A stretch of 62,367 bases of DNA, filler included, from Sphacelaria rigidula (lineage: Eukaryota): the NCBI GenBank assembly GCA_964200075.2. It is 10 parts of 10 records of this genome, joined end to end, with 100 filler letters (N's around TTAATTAATTAA, not from the genome) between each part and the next. Parts side by side here need not be neighbours in the genome. Positions count along the whole stretch, not along the records: positions 24,989 to 31,135 come from CAXNAA020021942.1; positions 31,236 to 37,382 come from CAXNAA020021943.1; 8 more parts are not named here. One strand, written 5' to 3'. Under the pieces are notes generated by a model. That model did not search any database, had not been told where the DNA came from, and saw only the letters and a list, made by a program, of their open reading frames with translations. Shown one piece after another: positions 25,066 through 37,136 of the stretch; position 1 is the first letter of the stretch; each line of letters starts with the position of its first letter. Position numbers and translations under genes: made by a program.

Positions 25066-28000
25066 GACACCGCCACGGAGCTGACGCGTGCTGTGCTGGC
25101 CGCCGACGCACACCTGAAGTCTTCCAGTGATCAGTCCGTGCATCTGTGGGCGCTGGTGTGTCTTCTGCGGGCCGCTGAGGCATCGGGCGCGCATCTCGCT
25201 CGCGTGCGCCGCCGCGACAACCCTGGCGGCGGCGGCGGCGGCTCAGTAGCGTTAGTCGGAGGAACGAGAAAGTCGGGGGAAGTCACTGCCGCTGCTGCGT
25301 CCTTGTCTGGAGCGTGGCGATTAGCGTGGGACACCCTGTTGCGCGCGGATCAGCGATTTTCTAACCCTACGGCGAGGTGCGAGAGGGGCAGCGTTGGGGA
25401 GGCGGTGGTGGCGGTGCTCGCGGCGTGCTTGCGCGAGCGTTTGTTGGATCCCGGCGTTGTGACGAAAGAACAGGTAACCTGGTTCGATTGGTTCCATTTG
25501 ATGGATGGGGGAAAGAGGGGGGGCGTACTCATTTCTTTGACCACTAAGGGGGGGCGCGCGCGCGCGGGGGGTTACGATGTTTAGAGGTAAAATACTCCCT
25601 CTCCCGCGCGCGTTTCATGCTTCTCCGTGTTTTTGCGTGCGCCTTTGCGCAAGTTCGTTCCGGTGTGTTCCCACACAGTGGATTTTCGGTGTGATGCGAA
25701 AAAAAATGCGTCAACTGCGGGGTTATGCAGAACGTAGTGAAATATGTTCTTTTTGTGGCTAGTAGTTCACAGGGGGGGGAGATGGGTCGGTCTTTTGACA
25801 CCACGCACTCGTTCCGAGGAAGCGAGAGGTGGTTCGACGTGTGGCGAACAAAAATAGTATTAACAATAGTGGAGTTCGTGCCAGCGGGGCGGCGGGGAAG
25901 CTCAGACCAAGGACGATAACAATTTCTCTGAGCGTTGTGTGTCTAGGCCTGTAGAGGCCCATGTCGTTGTGTCGGCCGTTTTTGCACCGATTGGTCCTGC
26001 TCCACCACATGTGCGGCAGACGCACCGCTTTGCCCCTGTCCCGAGGACGGAAGGTGAATGAAGATCGTTCCTATGATAACTCGGGTTTCCCCTCTGCTCC
26101 AGGATCGGCTGTGGGCGCTGCCATTGTTCAAGACGCCCGTTCGGACGTCCGCGAGCGCCAGCTACTCGCCGGAACCTTTCCGCCTCGTCACAGCGTTCTT
26201 GCGCCAAGCGGACTTGCTAGAAGGGCGCGATAGTATCTGTACTCACATTCAGGTGAAAATCTCCGCCGGAGTTGGCGTCGGTTGTCGACGGCGCTGTTAA
26301 CCACGTCACTCACTGTGTAAGCTAGGCAAGCCATTTACCGTGTTTTTTGCGCTCACGTGTTTTTTGCGGTGACCATGATGGTGGTCGTGCTAGATTATAT
26401 TGTGCGGCGGGGGAAAACCTCAATTCCGCGCGAAAGGGTATGATCATACTACGTAGTGTTGAAGTGGTGAGACACCCACGCGGTAGTGTGTAATCGATGA
26501 CAATCTCTGGAAGTGGCGATACCAGAAAATGAAGCATCTCACTCGAGGCTGTCATCCATACGCAAGATAATCAGTACACTTCAGGGCCAACAATCTTAGC
26601 AGGATGCAACTTGCCCTTCATGTGACTTGTCGAAGACATCACGGCGCTTCGCACTTGGTGGTTTGAGTGCAAGCCTGGTCCGGCAAAAACCCGGCGTGCT
26701 CCGTCCCGGCTTTGTAGGGGATGCGAAGTCAACGGTCATATGACTATGATATGCAAGATTTATGAGTACCCCCTCCCCCCCTCCCCTTCCACCCCCCAAA
26801 AATAATGATTTTTTTTCAACGGTTTCACGAGTTACATCACATGCATGTCCATGGCGTGCACCCCTTTGAGCGTCCACGGAGGGGTGAAGACACCTCTGAG
26901 TCTGCCAAGTCACTTGGTGAGCGAAAATGATGCTGATTTCAGTAGATATGGACACTCGTCGGCGGCGGTCAAAGGACTGAGGCCCTTGATCTTCGAGCAC
27001 ACCGTGGAAGTAACGACCAATCTTGATGAACCCGAGATCGGGTGTGTCCCGGCGGTACATAATTCCCCGACATTACATGGATGCAGAATCCGCATCTTGA
27101 TATAAAAATAAACCCGTCTCTTCTCGAGTCGTGTAGGAGTTATGTCGATTGTCCAGCCACTGGCACAATCTGACACAAGTGACACCCTAACCCTATCGTA
27201 GTGGTAAATGTAGTACAACATCCATCTTACGACAATAGAGTTTCGGAAAACGCTTTTTATGTCATTTCAGAGTGCATATATCTCAGGATCACAGTGCTGA
27301 ATGAAAAAAAAAAACTCATCGAAAAGCACTTAAAGGGGAAATAAATTTTCGCTCCACTCTGATCCTGAGATATTCGCACTCTGAAGTGACAAAAAAGCGT
27401 TTTCCGAAACTTTCTAGAAGCCAACAGCGAACAGTATAGTTATTGCACCAGATATAACGCCTCTAAAACATCATATCGCAACGCAAGGTTTGACCAACAT
27501 TTCAAGTTTTTTTCGCTCGAGCCTCTCGCTGATGCGGATTTGAACAGTAAGTACACACTACAGTTGTGTAGCTCTGATGTACTGTGCGTAAGTTCAGAAC
27601 GGAGATTTCGCGCCATCAGGGCGCTGACAGGACTTACCCCGAGAAAACCTGTACCCGCTGCAAAGCGGATGCCTGGGAAACTACGCGGTGTATTGAGGTT
27701 GACTGTCAGCACCGCGGGAGCGAAGCGGCGATTTTGTCGTGGCACATTCGCAGTCATAATTTATACTTCTACTATCCCGTAAGTTAGCTCGGTTATGGGG
27801 CACGGATCGTATCGGGAGAACGATGTAGATGGCGACGCCGTAATTGGGTTTTTGTGATAATAGGCAGAGCGAAGATGAAGCTATTTCAGTGAAAAAAAAA
27901 GGAAGGGAAATAATTCCGCACAGTTTCTGGTGAGAAACGGCCGCATTTTGGCCAATTTCTGCCATTTTACACCAATTTTGGGTGAACTTGGGGATGTTTT

Positions 28001-30420
28001 TTTAGAGTGTCGTAGTAAACAAGAGATATTTTTTCAATTGACCAAGTGCAATCCATTCCGACGATGAGTATGAAGCGTAGGTTTAACCATAAACATGAAA
28101 TGGAGCACGTTCCGCGTTTTCTTGCTTTTCTTGGATTTTTTCCAGGCCTACATTTTCTTCATTTTTTGTACGAAGAGGGGCGAAACAAGGCCGTTTTCGG
28201 ACCGACTGATTTTTTCAGTCGTTCGGCCGCCTGGAGGAATTGACAGCCTGTAGAAACAAAATGTGCTCTAGCCCAAGAAGCGCCAAAGGGAGCAATCGAA
28301 CAAACGAAAAAAAATGGGCACCGTTGAGGATCCGTACACACGCAACCAAGCAAACTTATGGGACAGAGGAAGTACACGAACAGTATGTGATCTTCGCCAG
28401 CTGAGAACCGAGACACACCACCATACGTATACCGTGCGTGCTCCCACTCCCATACTCCGTCACACACACGCACGCACGCAGAGAAACAAGCCAGACGTGA
28501 GCCACCGTCGGTAAGTTTTGAACGACTGGCGACTTTAGAAACGCTCCGCTGCTAAGAAGCGAACTAACTCCGAAAGTTGTGCCAGGTAGTGACTTTTTTT
28601 TTGTTTTCAATGTGTGCGCCGTGCGCTGTCACAGGCACACCCGAATCCCGGCGCAATACCATCGTCATCAGACCCTTGTCCGGCATCCGCCAATGCTAAT
28701 GCCATGTCTACCGGCTCCAACTCCGACGGCGGTGCCTCTGGGGCTGGTGCCGAGCTACTGACACCTTTGGTTACGTCCGCCCATGTTACTAGCAGTAGCG
28801 GCAGTCGGCTGCCGACGATGGGCGCCCGTGGGACTGGTCGCAAAGGGCGTCAGACTCGCAGGCGCTGGCGCCTGGTGCAGTACATCATGGGATGGCTGGA
28901 AGCGGCTGCCCTCGGCGGCGGCGGCGGCGGCGGCGGCGAAAGGTTATCATCGGTAGAAGCAGAGGAAGCCGTCAGCGCAGCGGCCATCGCGCTGGTAGCC
29001 GTGACCTGTCCGGGGCCACCACCAGTAGAGCAAGGCGAGTTCGGCGTTGATGCTTTTGGTGGTGGTGGTGGTGGTGGTGATAACGGTGGTAGTGTCGACC
29101 TCGGCAGCTTCCCTGAAACGGGGGCTGCGACGGGGGAACAGCGGCGGCGGCAGCAGCGGCGGCGATCGCTCCGCCCATTTCTTGTTGAGACCGGCCCGTC
29201 TCCATGTCCAACGACTGCGGCGGAGGCCGCGGGGTTTGGCGGCGATGGCGGCGGTAGTTACGGTGATCCTGTCGCCGATGGGGTATGGGGCGGGGTTCTG
29301 GATAATGTTGGCCCTTGTCGGTGGTGGTGCAACGGTGGAAGGAGTAGTGGCCGCCGGGTGGGACAAGAGGGAAGAAGGGGGGGATGGGTGACTGCTGCGG
29401 CTGAGGAGGTGTGGGGGTTCTGCGTTGGCGTGGAAGGTGTGGGCAGGCCCGGTAACATCCCTTCGTATGTGAGCTTCGTTGCCCGGACATTGCGAGCTTG
29501 CGGTGAGTGACCGGACGGCTGCATTGAGATCCTGCCAAGCTGGGATTTTATCTCGGAACAGACGGCAAGGCGTTGAGTATTGTAGGAATTTCGTGCTGTT
29601 CAATAGCTCCGGCTCCGCTAGAAGGTCTCGCGGTGCGCACACTTTTCCGTTCGATTTTTATTTTATGTTATCGTGGATAGTCATTTACGGTGCCGACCGA
29701 TATCGATGACGCCAAGCAGAATTGGCATGCCTGATGCTTCACCGGTGCTTCCTCTCTCGTTCTTGTGCTCCGGTGTCTGCGGAAGAACTTGGGTACCGTC
29801 TTCCCCTTGACCGTTTCGGGGATATCTTGATCGATTTTCGTGCACCCGGAAGGCTGTGCGTACGTACTCCGTACCACTACATTACATCTCGAACCTCACA
29901 CCCCTGTCCACGGCCGGGTAAGGATCGGGTACGGGGGTAGTGAAACGAACCAGAGTTCAAATCACAGTCTCGTACGGGGGGGTGGTGAAGTTGGTATAAT
30001 TTGTGCGAGAAGATGAAGCGTTCGTTGTGTAAACTATGAATACTCTTCGCTTCCTACCGCCCCGCGCGCTCGCAAATCTCCCTTGACCTTGTGCGCTGTA
30101 GAGCCGCTACCTGAGAAACACCACTTCGAGGGCCGCGGCAGACTCACCTCGAACCCCGTCGAAGCCCTACCTACGACTGTTCTCGGCGTCACAACCGCCG
30201 ACGACGGCCGCGCTGGTACTGGCAGCGGCGGACGTGGCGGAAGCAACATGGTCTCTCGTGACGATACGACGCACATGCACGGCCTGATCGCACGGTGGCT
30301 GCGGAACGAGTGTGAAAGGCTGGCCGGCGCAGCGGCGGAGCTCACCGCTGTTCCCACGGGGAGGGCCACGGCGGTGCGGGCGTTGCTGCATTCTGTCGGT
30401 GTCCTGGCCGTCTTTTTCAG
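25066..30420 (+). CDS. ATM: Four internal exons of a probable ATM serine/threonine kinase, N-terminal HEAT region (25066-25473, 26103-26252, 28635-29502, 30102-30420)
   Basis: All four exons are AG/GT-bounded, open and phase-compatible (0, 0, 1, 2). The pattern LWALVCL..WRLAWDTLLR..VLAACLRERLLD..QDRLWALPLFK resembles ATM (YVLRCL..LWNKIWCITFR..LLGAIIQGSLV..EFWKLF). The gene structure is solid; the identity rests on recalled similarity only. Confidence 0.6.
26340..26760 (+). repeat. Dispersed repeat family (segments recur at about 32640-32730 rc, 36690-36870, 44350-44400 rc, 56240-56285 rc)
   Basis: Shared motifs CCATGATGGTGGTCG..AACCTCA..CGCGCGAA.GG and AAACCCGGCGTGCTCCGTCCCGGCTTTGTAGG. Confidence 0.75.
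27238..27414. mobile_element. Fold-back MITE with TA flanks
   Basis: Inverted repeats of about 55 bp: AGTTTCGGAAAACGCTTTTT.TGTCA.TTCAGAGTGC.ATATCTCAGGATCA and its reverse complement, with TA on each side. Confidence 0.8.
27766..28372. mobile_element. Stowaway-like MITE, copy 4 (in an ATM intron)
   Basis: TA-CTTCTACTATCCCGTAAGTTAGCTCGGTT ... AACCAAGCAAACTTATGGGACAGAGGAAG-TA. Confidence 0.8.
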
Positions 30421-30509
30421 GTGCGTATGGTCCTTTCTCTTTCTCTCTCTCTCTCCTGGAAGATAGGGCCCTATCCGGTATATAAGCGCGCGTTTCTGTC
30501 CTTGTACTT

Positions 30510-30770
30510 CAGCACGCTGGTAACCCACCCCCCTTCAATGCGACAAGTCCGTGGTATCAAGGGGTCAACCCATGTCCTCCGGTACATGCCATTGTGAATT
30601 CGGTATCGCGCAATGGATCAGCACTGCCGCACCGCGTCAACTCTCGTCAGATACGATTTTGTTTTTGCTACCCACACATTGTCACGTTGCCATCGACACG
30701 CGAAACTCGTATACTGTTCAGTGAAGAAAATAATTGCACATGCCGGGAATCGAATCCGCGTTATTCCGAA
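30510..30770 (-). mobile_element. Decayed SINE family B copy
   Basis: GTCCGTGGTATCAAGGGGTCAACCCAT..TCAGCACTGCCGCACCGCGTCAACTC matches the family B body. Confidence 0.7.
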
Positions 30771-31029
30771 TTTTGTTTTGTCCTTGCCCCTTGAAGGAAG
30801 GAGAAAACGTCACCCAATACTCGGAGGCTCGGCTAAACCTCTTCACGACAGTCATGGGGGTAGGTGCCTCGAGCGTTCGGAAAGCTTTGCTCAAGGTAGT
30901 GAGAGGGTTGAACCAATCAAAAACGCCCCGTCAACTTGGCGGAGTGCACGCGCCGCCGTACTCTCATGAGCTTCGGCCCTAGGTATTATTCCGAATTGAT
31001 GGCTTTCGTTGCACTGTACCATCACACGA

Positions 31030-31135
31030 GACACTTTCTACGATAGCCCCCCCCCCCCCCCATAATTGCATGGTTTTGGGAGGCAAAATCTTCCCGTAAA
31101 TCGAAATGGGAAAAGCCGAGCACAACGAGAAGCTG
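31030..31135. mobile_element. Left half of a GACAC-terminus MITE, cut by the contig end
   Basis: GACACTTTCTACGATAGCCCCCC..GCCGAGCACAACGAGAAGCTG matches about 36880-36980. Confidence 0.85.
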
Positions 31136-31235
31136 NNNNNNNNNNNNNNNNNNNNNNNNNNNNNNNNNNNNNNNNNNNNTTAATTAATTAANNNNNNNNN
31201 NNNNNNNNNNNNNNNNNNNNNNNNNNNNNNNNNNN

Positions 31236-31347
31236 GCCCATTTGAGCCGCTTCATGTAGCCTGAACTCGAACATCAGGCGCTATATGGCCATGTTTTTCG
31301 TGACACTTTTAGCTGGTTTGGGGGGGGGGGCTATCGTGGAAAGTGTC
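31236..31347. mobile_element. Right half of a GACAC-terminus MITE (a different copy, at a contig start)
   Basis: Ends GGGGGGCTATCGTGGAAAGTGTC and matches about 37030-37136. Confidence 0.85.
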
Positions 31348-31619
31348 GAGAGAAGAATATATCGGAGATAATACAGATATGTAGACACGGGATCTGTGCT
31401 GGTTGTTGATTCGATCGCTAGTTGCGTGTATCGAGTGATGTATGACATTGAAGTTGCTTGTTGATGTATGCTCTTTTGAAGAATCATGCTATTTTATGAT
31501 TTGGGCCATGACAAATGTATGTTTCCATGCAGTGTGCGCTGTCAACAAAGTGCCCCCTTATGTTATAACGTTGCTCCCCTGTCGGCAAGCAGCACCGTAG
31601 AGTTGAAACTAATAAAGCC

Positions 31620-32190
31620 AATCATGTTCAGGAAGCGAACAGCTCAGCCATTGAACCAATGAGCGCTTACTGGTACAATGGCTGAGCTGCTTGCTTCCTG
31701 AACAAAATACATGCTTTGTGGTCCGTCCCGGCACGACACTTCAATGCTCTCCGGAGCTCACAGCCCCTCGCAAGTCGAACTTTCCGTCCACAATCGATCA
31801 CGTCGGGACTCAAACTGCATATTTCATGTCCAGGAAGCGAATAGTTCACCCATTGAACCAGTGAGCGCTCGAACCGCGTATCTCATGGTCAGGAAGCGAA
31901 TACTTTACTCTTTGAACCAATGAACGCTCACTTATTGAATGGGTAAACGACACGTTCCACGATAGCCCCCCCCAAGACCAGCCCAAAAGTGTCACGAAAA
32001 AAATGGTCATACAACGCCTGATGTTTGGGTTCAGGCTGCATGAAGCGCCTCGCTTGGACGATATTGGCGAAAACGAACCCAAGCGTGTGAATTCCTAGAT
32101 TTACGTGAAGATTTCGCCTCCCCAAACCAGGCACTTTTGGGGGGGGAGTTCTCGTAGAATGTGTCAAACTGCTCGCTTCCTGAACAAGTG
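31620..32190. repeat. Direct and inverted repeats of CAGGAAGCGAA.AG.TCA.CCATTGAACCAATGAGCGCT, interrupted by a MITE
   Basis: Motif at about 31629, 31830 and 31890. Inverted arms lie at about 31676-31703 and about 31938-32185, the latter split by the MITE. Confidence 0.7.
31949..32165. mobile_element. GACAC-terminus MITE with 4-bp TSD AAAC
   Basis: AAAC-GACACGTTCCACGATAGCCCC ... CTCGTAGAATGTGTC-AAAC. Confidence 0.85.
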
Positions 32191-32757
32191 CATGAGGGTT
32201 TCGGGCTTAACTCCTCTGGCAGACTTGGGATGCTACAGCCCCCCAGAAGCATGACTGGTTTTGAGGAGGCGAAATCTACACGTGTATCAAAATGCCAACT
32301 GCCGAGCACACCGAGAATCTGGGAACTCCCACGCGTGGGATCATTTCCACCAACGTCGTTTATATGAGGGGCTCGTGAACTCTGACACCAGCTATCATGC
32401 GATGTATGGCCATTTTCCTTGTGATATTCTCGAGGCTAACTTTTTTAGGGGGCAATCGCGGCATTTCTCTGATACGTTCGGTGAGTCGCATGAAGAGTGA
32501 GTTGCATCCTGCTGAAAATGGTCGACCCCGAGCCTACCGAATATCTTGCGTATGGATGATAGCCTCTGATGAGTTGCTTTATTTTCCTGTATATCGCCAC
32601 TTCCATAGACAGCCACGGGTTACACTGCCTCGTGGTCCGTAGTAGTGTGCGGAGTTGAGATTCTGCTCCTCCACTCCGCACAAAATCATTCAACTCGACC
32701 ACCATCATGATTACCGCAAAAAAACGAATGCGAGAAAGAAACGGTAAAAGTGGTTCT

Positions 32758-33236
32758 TGTGATGGGGTTACGGTGCTGTATATGGCAAGCACAGGCTCAC
32801 TAGGCAAGGCAAGGGCCCAGTTTGCAGACTAAGCAGTCAGGCAAAGCAACAGACACCGACTCACACATGACGCGTCCGACATATACCAATCTCTCACGCG
32901 CAAGTGTTATATCTACTTCTTCATTGTCTGGTCTCCACCTTCCAGTATCCACTCAATCCAATCTCACGCTCCGCATATCAGTCTCGCCGGTGTTGAACTT
33001 CTGGCTGAGAGACGGGCAGTAGACGGTAGTGCTTGGTAGTGGGATGGATGGAGCTCGAATTGTTCAAGGGCAATTCGAGCCGTCACCGTCTCTACCATAT
33101 ACAAGTTCACACTCATACCTGACTAACTCTGAACCGCCCTGCAGTCTTAGAAATACCCGGATATGCAAATATAGAGCCGGACTCATCAACGGGTCTGAGG
33201 CGGCATGATAGCAGGCAAATATGCGTCCTCATGACA
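32758..33236 (-). mobile_element. Probable 3' LTR of the Ty3/gypsy element
   Basis: The minus strand reads TGTCATG...CATCACA (terminal inverted repeat). It is immediately preceded by the G-rich tract TCTGGGTGGGTTAG (PPT, 33237-33250) downstream of pol. Confidence 0.7.
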
Positions 33237-33699
33237 CTAACCCACCCAGACAAACCTTTATTACAGCTGCGAGGATTTATCCTCAAAGCAGCAAAAACTA
33301 AGGTTTTTATTTACCCGTAAAGTCATGAGCTGCTAATAAAACATACCTAAGGAAACACTCCCGTACCCAACACTCCCGTACCCACTCCTACACCTCAAAA
33401 GAAGGGAAGCATGCACTGCTTCGAGGAGCAGAAAAACTGCTTCGAAACGCGGAAGCACAACCTGCTTCTGTGTGCCAGCCATCAACGAAGAAGCACAAAT
33501 TGCCTCGGCGTCATAGCAAAACGAAGGGGGAAAACAGGGAGGCACAACAGGGAGCAGAGCTTCAACCTGGGGGAATCCATAGAGGAAAAACGGCAAGATT
33601 GGTATGCGAACACACATGTTGGCCGGAAGCAAAATCTGGAGATCCGTGATCCAACGAGATTGAGCGCCGGCCGAAAGGGGATACCATAGCTCCAGCAGT

Positions 33700-36180
33700 C
33701 GTAGATGGTGGGTGTCAGTCATTCTTCGATGGTCGTCCGATGTAGGTGGTCCTATTGTGGATGTCGTAGAACAGGGTCCTAGTGAAGAAGGGAGGGCAAG
33801 CAATGCTACAGAAGGGGAGCAACAGTTGAGGCGAAGGAGCGTGGTTCGAAGCGGGGCGTGGACGTCGTGGGTGTGGTCGATGTTGCGCTGGAGACGCGAC
33901 GAAGTCCTTTGGACTTAAGGCGCTGGAGGCACCAGGATCCGCGTGGTGCAGATGGGCTGGTGGTGTATAGTGCTGACCGGAGCTTGAGCTGTATGGGTCC
34001 AGGATCATCGATGAAGCGCACGATGTATGTCTCGGTAGAAAGCAGGTTAGCGGAGTGGGTCCGACCCATCCGCCAGAGGTTGTCGCTGCCCTTGAACCAA
34101 AGGTAGCTGCCCTTGGGCGATAGTCACTGGTTTGCGAAGAGCTTCGTCTTACAAGTCTTGGTGGGCACAAGTTCGTAACCATCGGCGACGAAGCGTAGTC
34201 CCCTGATCGCGGGGAAGTTCGCGGGCTACTGCGCCACGACGCATGTTGCGATATTTCTTGTTGTAGACAAGATGCTGATGTTGAAATTGCGTCCAGTACA
34301 GGAGGATTGCACGGCGGTGCAATTGAAGGTCGGACTCGCATTCCCAATACGCTCTCCGGAGACCGTGCCAGTGGGTCTTATACATGACAGCAGTTTTGCC
34401 AACTCGACCACGATTTATTTGGTGGCCGGAGATGGAGGGCACCGTCAATCGGAGGGGCTGTTCCGTCACGCCCTCGGTGGTAACGTGGTAGAGCGGGGAC
34501 TTGGTCGAGTAGCTGTTGAGAACATACTGTGTGAGTCCGGCAGCCAGGTACTTAAGCATGTCGCTTGTATCATGCAGGTTCGTGCAGGGTTTGCATCTGT
34601 GCACGGAGACGCGGGGTTTGGTGTCCTTGCCCTGGGAGTCGCGAGGCAAGTCGAGACAGAGCACTTTGTCACCAACGGGTTTATTATCCGTTGATGATGG
34701 CGATGGTCCGACTGTCAGGATCTTGAATGGTCCTGTCCAGTTGAGGGACAATTTTGTGTTCAAGATTGTTTCGTTAGTTGCCTTGCTGGTGCCTTGGCGG
34801 ATGGTCGACAAACTGTGGTAGATCCAAACCCAATCGCCAACTTTCCAGTCGGGGCGTTTGTGCATGAGGTTGTAAAAAGCAGTGTTAGATATCTCTAAGC
34901 GTGAGGCGTTGAAAGCCTGTTGTTCGCGCACAAGGGTAAACGCTTTGCGTTGTCGTGCATGCGCTAGCTCGTGGTAGGATATCTGGTCCTGATCCGATCC
35001 TTGGTGGCCATCGAAGGTGCGTCGATCAAACACGGTGATGGGCAGCCGAGGGTAACGTCCGAGATGGAGTTCGTTCGGAGAAAGGCCTGTGGCGGCGTTA
35101 ACCGAGTTGTTGTAGGACAACATGATGTTCGAGAGATGTAGGATCCAGTCATTTTGGCGGTCATTGACAACCATAGAGAGCATCTGGGCCATGGTGTGAT
35201 GAACTCTCTCGGTACCACCGTTACCGTTCGGATGGTAGGAGCACGTGGCAATTTGCGGAGGCCCAGGAGCTTTTGAATCTCATCAGAGAGATCTGAGCAA
35301 AATTGCTGATTATTGTCTGAAAGGAGGCGCTTCGGGCAACAGTAGTGCTTGATAAAGCCGTGGAACAATATGTCGGCCATTCCGGCGGCAGTGAAATCTG
35401 CAGCGGTTACCGCGTACATGGACGCTTGGCGGCTGAAGCGGTCAGTGAAGAGTGAGATATGGGTGCTGCCGCGACCTGTGGTCGGTAGAGGGCTAAAGTA
35501 GTCAAGGACACAAGGTGGCCTGGCTCGCTGGGGAGTCCCATAGAGATGACGGGCCAGCGTTCTGTCTGTCGTGAAGGTTTTCGGGCTTGGCATTTGAAGC
35601 ATCGCCGAATCCAGAAGCGGGTGGAAATTTCGATGCCAACCCATCAGCAGAAGCATTCTAAGAGCGCTAGGGTGCGGGTGACGCCAAGGTGACATGACAA
35701 GTCTGTGTGGCAGCCTTTCATGACCCAGGAGGGCGCATTAATAATGGGACATATATGCGCGTTAGTTCGTCATCGAGTAGTCATGCGTGGCGTCCCGTGG
35801 TTGAGACGGAAATTGCGCCTGTCAAGGTAGGGGTGTAAAGTTGTTTCTGAGGACTTAAACTGTCGGAGCCTGTCGATGACAAACATCTGGGTCTTAGTGT
35901 GCAGCCTCGGAGGACTTTTGGGCTGGAAAGTGTACCCCTACCGTAGAATCCCCGGTAACCTGACTACCTAGTTTACGCAGCGAGTGGCGTGTTTTGCAGC
36001 GTCGTTGCCAACCGACGCCAACCCTTCAAAGGGAAATGCACACCCGGCCATTTGGCTAACCCCCCAAAGTGCCTCCGGAAGGACTAAAGGCCTCCAGAGG
36101 CAAAACAAGCGTCTGGAGGCCTTGAATATCTGTTCGATGGTTGACACCCAAATCGATGAACATGTCGAAGACCCGGAGAA
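33700..36180 (-). mobile_element. Decayed Ty3/gypsy pol: integrase core, GPF motif and chromodomain-like C-terminus
   Basis: DYFSPLPTT..LFTDRFSR..PKRLLSDN..QF, then after a frameshift YHPNGNGGTER..MAQMLSMVVNDRQNDW, WTGPFKIL, and ISGHQ..YKTHWHGL...WECESDL. The upstream boundary is approximate. Confidence 0.9.
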
Positions 36181-36197
36181 ATCGTCTTAACCAACAG

Positions 36198-36320
36198 CCC
36201 CTCTGGAGGAACCAAAAAAATACTCCTCTGGGGGGGCGCGCACCCCTATGGAGGGCCGCGCACCCCTCCAGAGGCGTTTAAATCCTCTGTAGACTCTAAA
36301 ATTCGACCGCTCTGGGGGTA
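36198..36320. repeat. Six copies of a CCCCTCTGGAGGG-like motif, period about 20-25 bp
   Basis: Motifs at 36198, 36223, 36243, 36263, 36282 and 36307. Confidence 0.65.
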
Positions 36321-36879
36321 TTTTGAGGGTAGCCAAATGGCCGCGTGTGTGCGATAGGGGGCGGAAGGGGGGGAGGGTTGGTGGGGTGAGAAAATGAGGT
36401 CACGAGTTTGCTACACGACCTCATACACATCACTACGGGGACTCCTATATGGGTGGAAACGGTCAGTAGTGATTTGAAAGAGGAATTTGCTATCGATCGC
36501 AAGAGCACTCACATACATGGGTATTTCTGCTTGCAGAGACGATTTGAATTGGCTCTTCCTCCGTGCAACTATTAGTTGGCTCAACCCCGATCTCTTCTTC
36601 TGAGGGCGTCGGTTGGCGCAACAACGCTGTGAAACACGCCTCTCGATGTGTAAGCTTGGTAACGAGGTTCCCGTTTTTATTTTTCGCTCGCGGTTTTTCG
36701 CGATAGCCATGATGGTGGTCGAGCTAATTAGATCATATTGCACGGGGTGGGAGAACCTCACCTGCGCGCGAAGGGGATGATCGTTCCACACGCGGTGTTC
36801 AAATGGTGCCCGGCGAAAACCCGGCGTGTTCTGTCCCCGCTTTGTGTAGATGCGAGATCAATGATCTTATGACTACGGC

Positions 36880-37136
36880 GACACTTTCTACGATAGCCCC
36901 CCCCTCAAAAGTGCATGGTTTTGCGAAACAATATCTTCACGTAAAGCGAAATGAGAAACGCCGAGCACAACGAGAAGCTGGGAATTCCCACGTTTGGGTT
37001 CGTTACGTCAATGTTACGTCAATGTCGCCAATATGAGGCGCTTCATACAGCCTGAACCCGAACATCAGGCGTTGTATGTCCATTTTTTTCGTGACACTTT
37101 TCGCTGGTTTTGGGGGGGGCTATCGTGAAAAGTGTC
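36880..37136. mobile_element. GACAC-terminus MITE with 4-bp TSD CGGC
   Basis: CGGC-GACACTTTCTACGATAGCCCC ... GGGGCTATCGTGAAAAGTGTC-CGGC. Confidence 0.9.

Noticed and set aside
28947..29642. Minus-strand ORFs with poly-His or poly-Thr
   Set aside because: They are antisense to the Gly-rich exon of the plus-strand gene.
31030..31347. One MITE spanning the linker, implying contigs 5 and 6 are adjacent
   Set aside because: The flanks ACGA and GAGA are not a 4-bp duplication. Contigs commonly break inside high-copy repeats.
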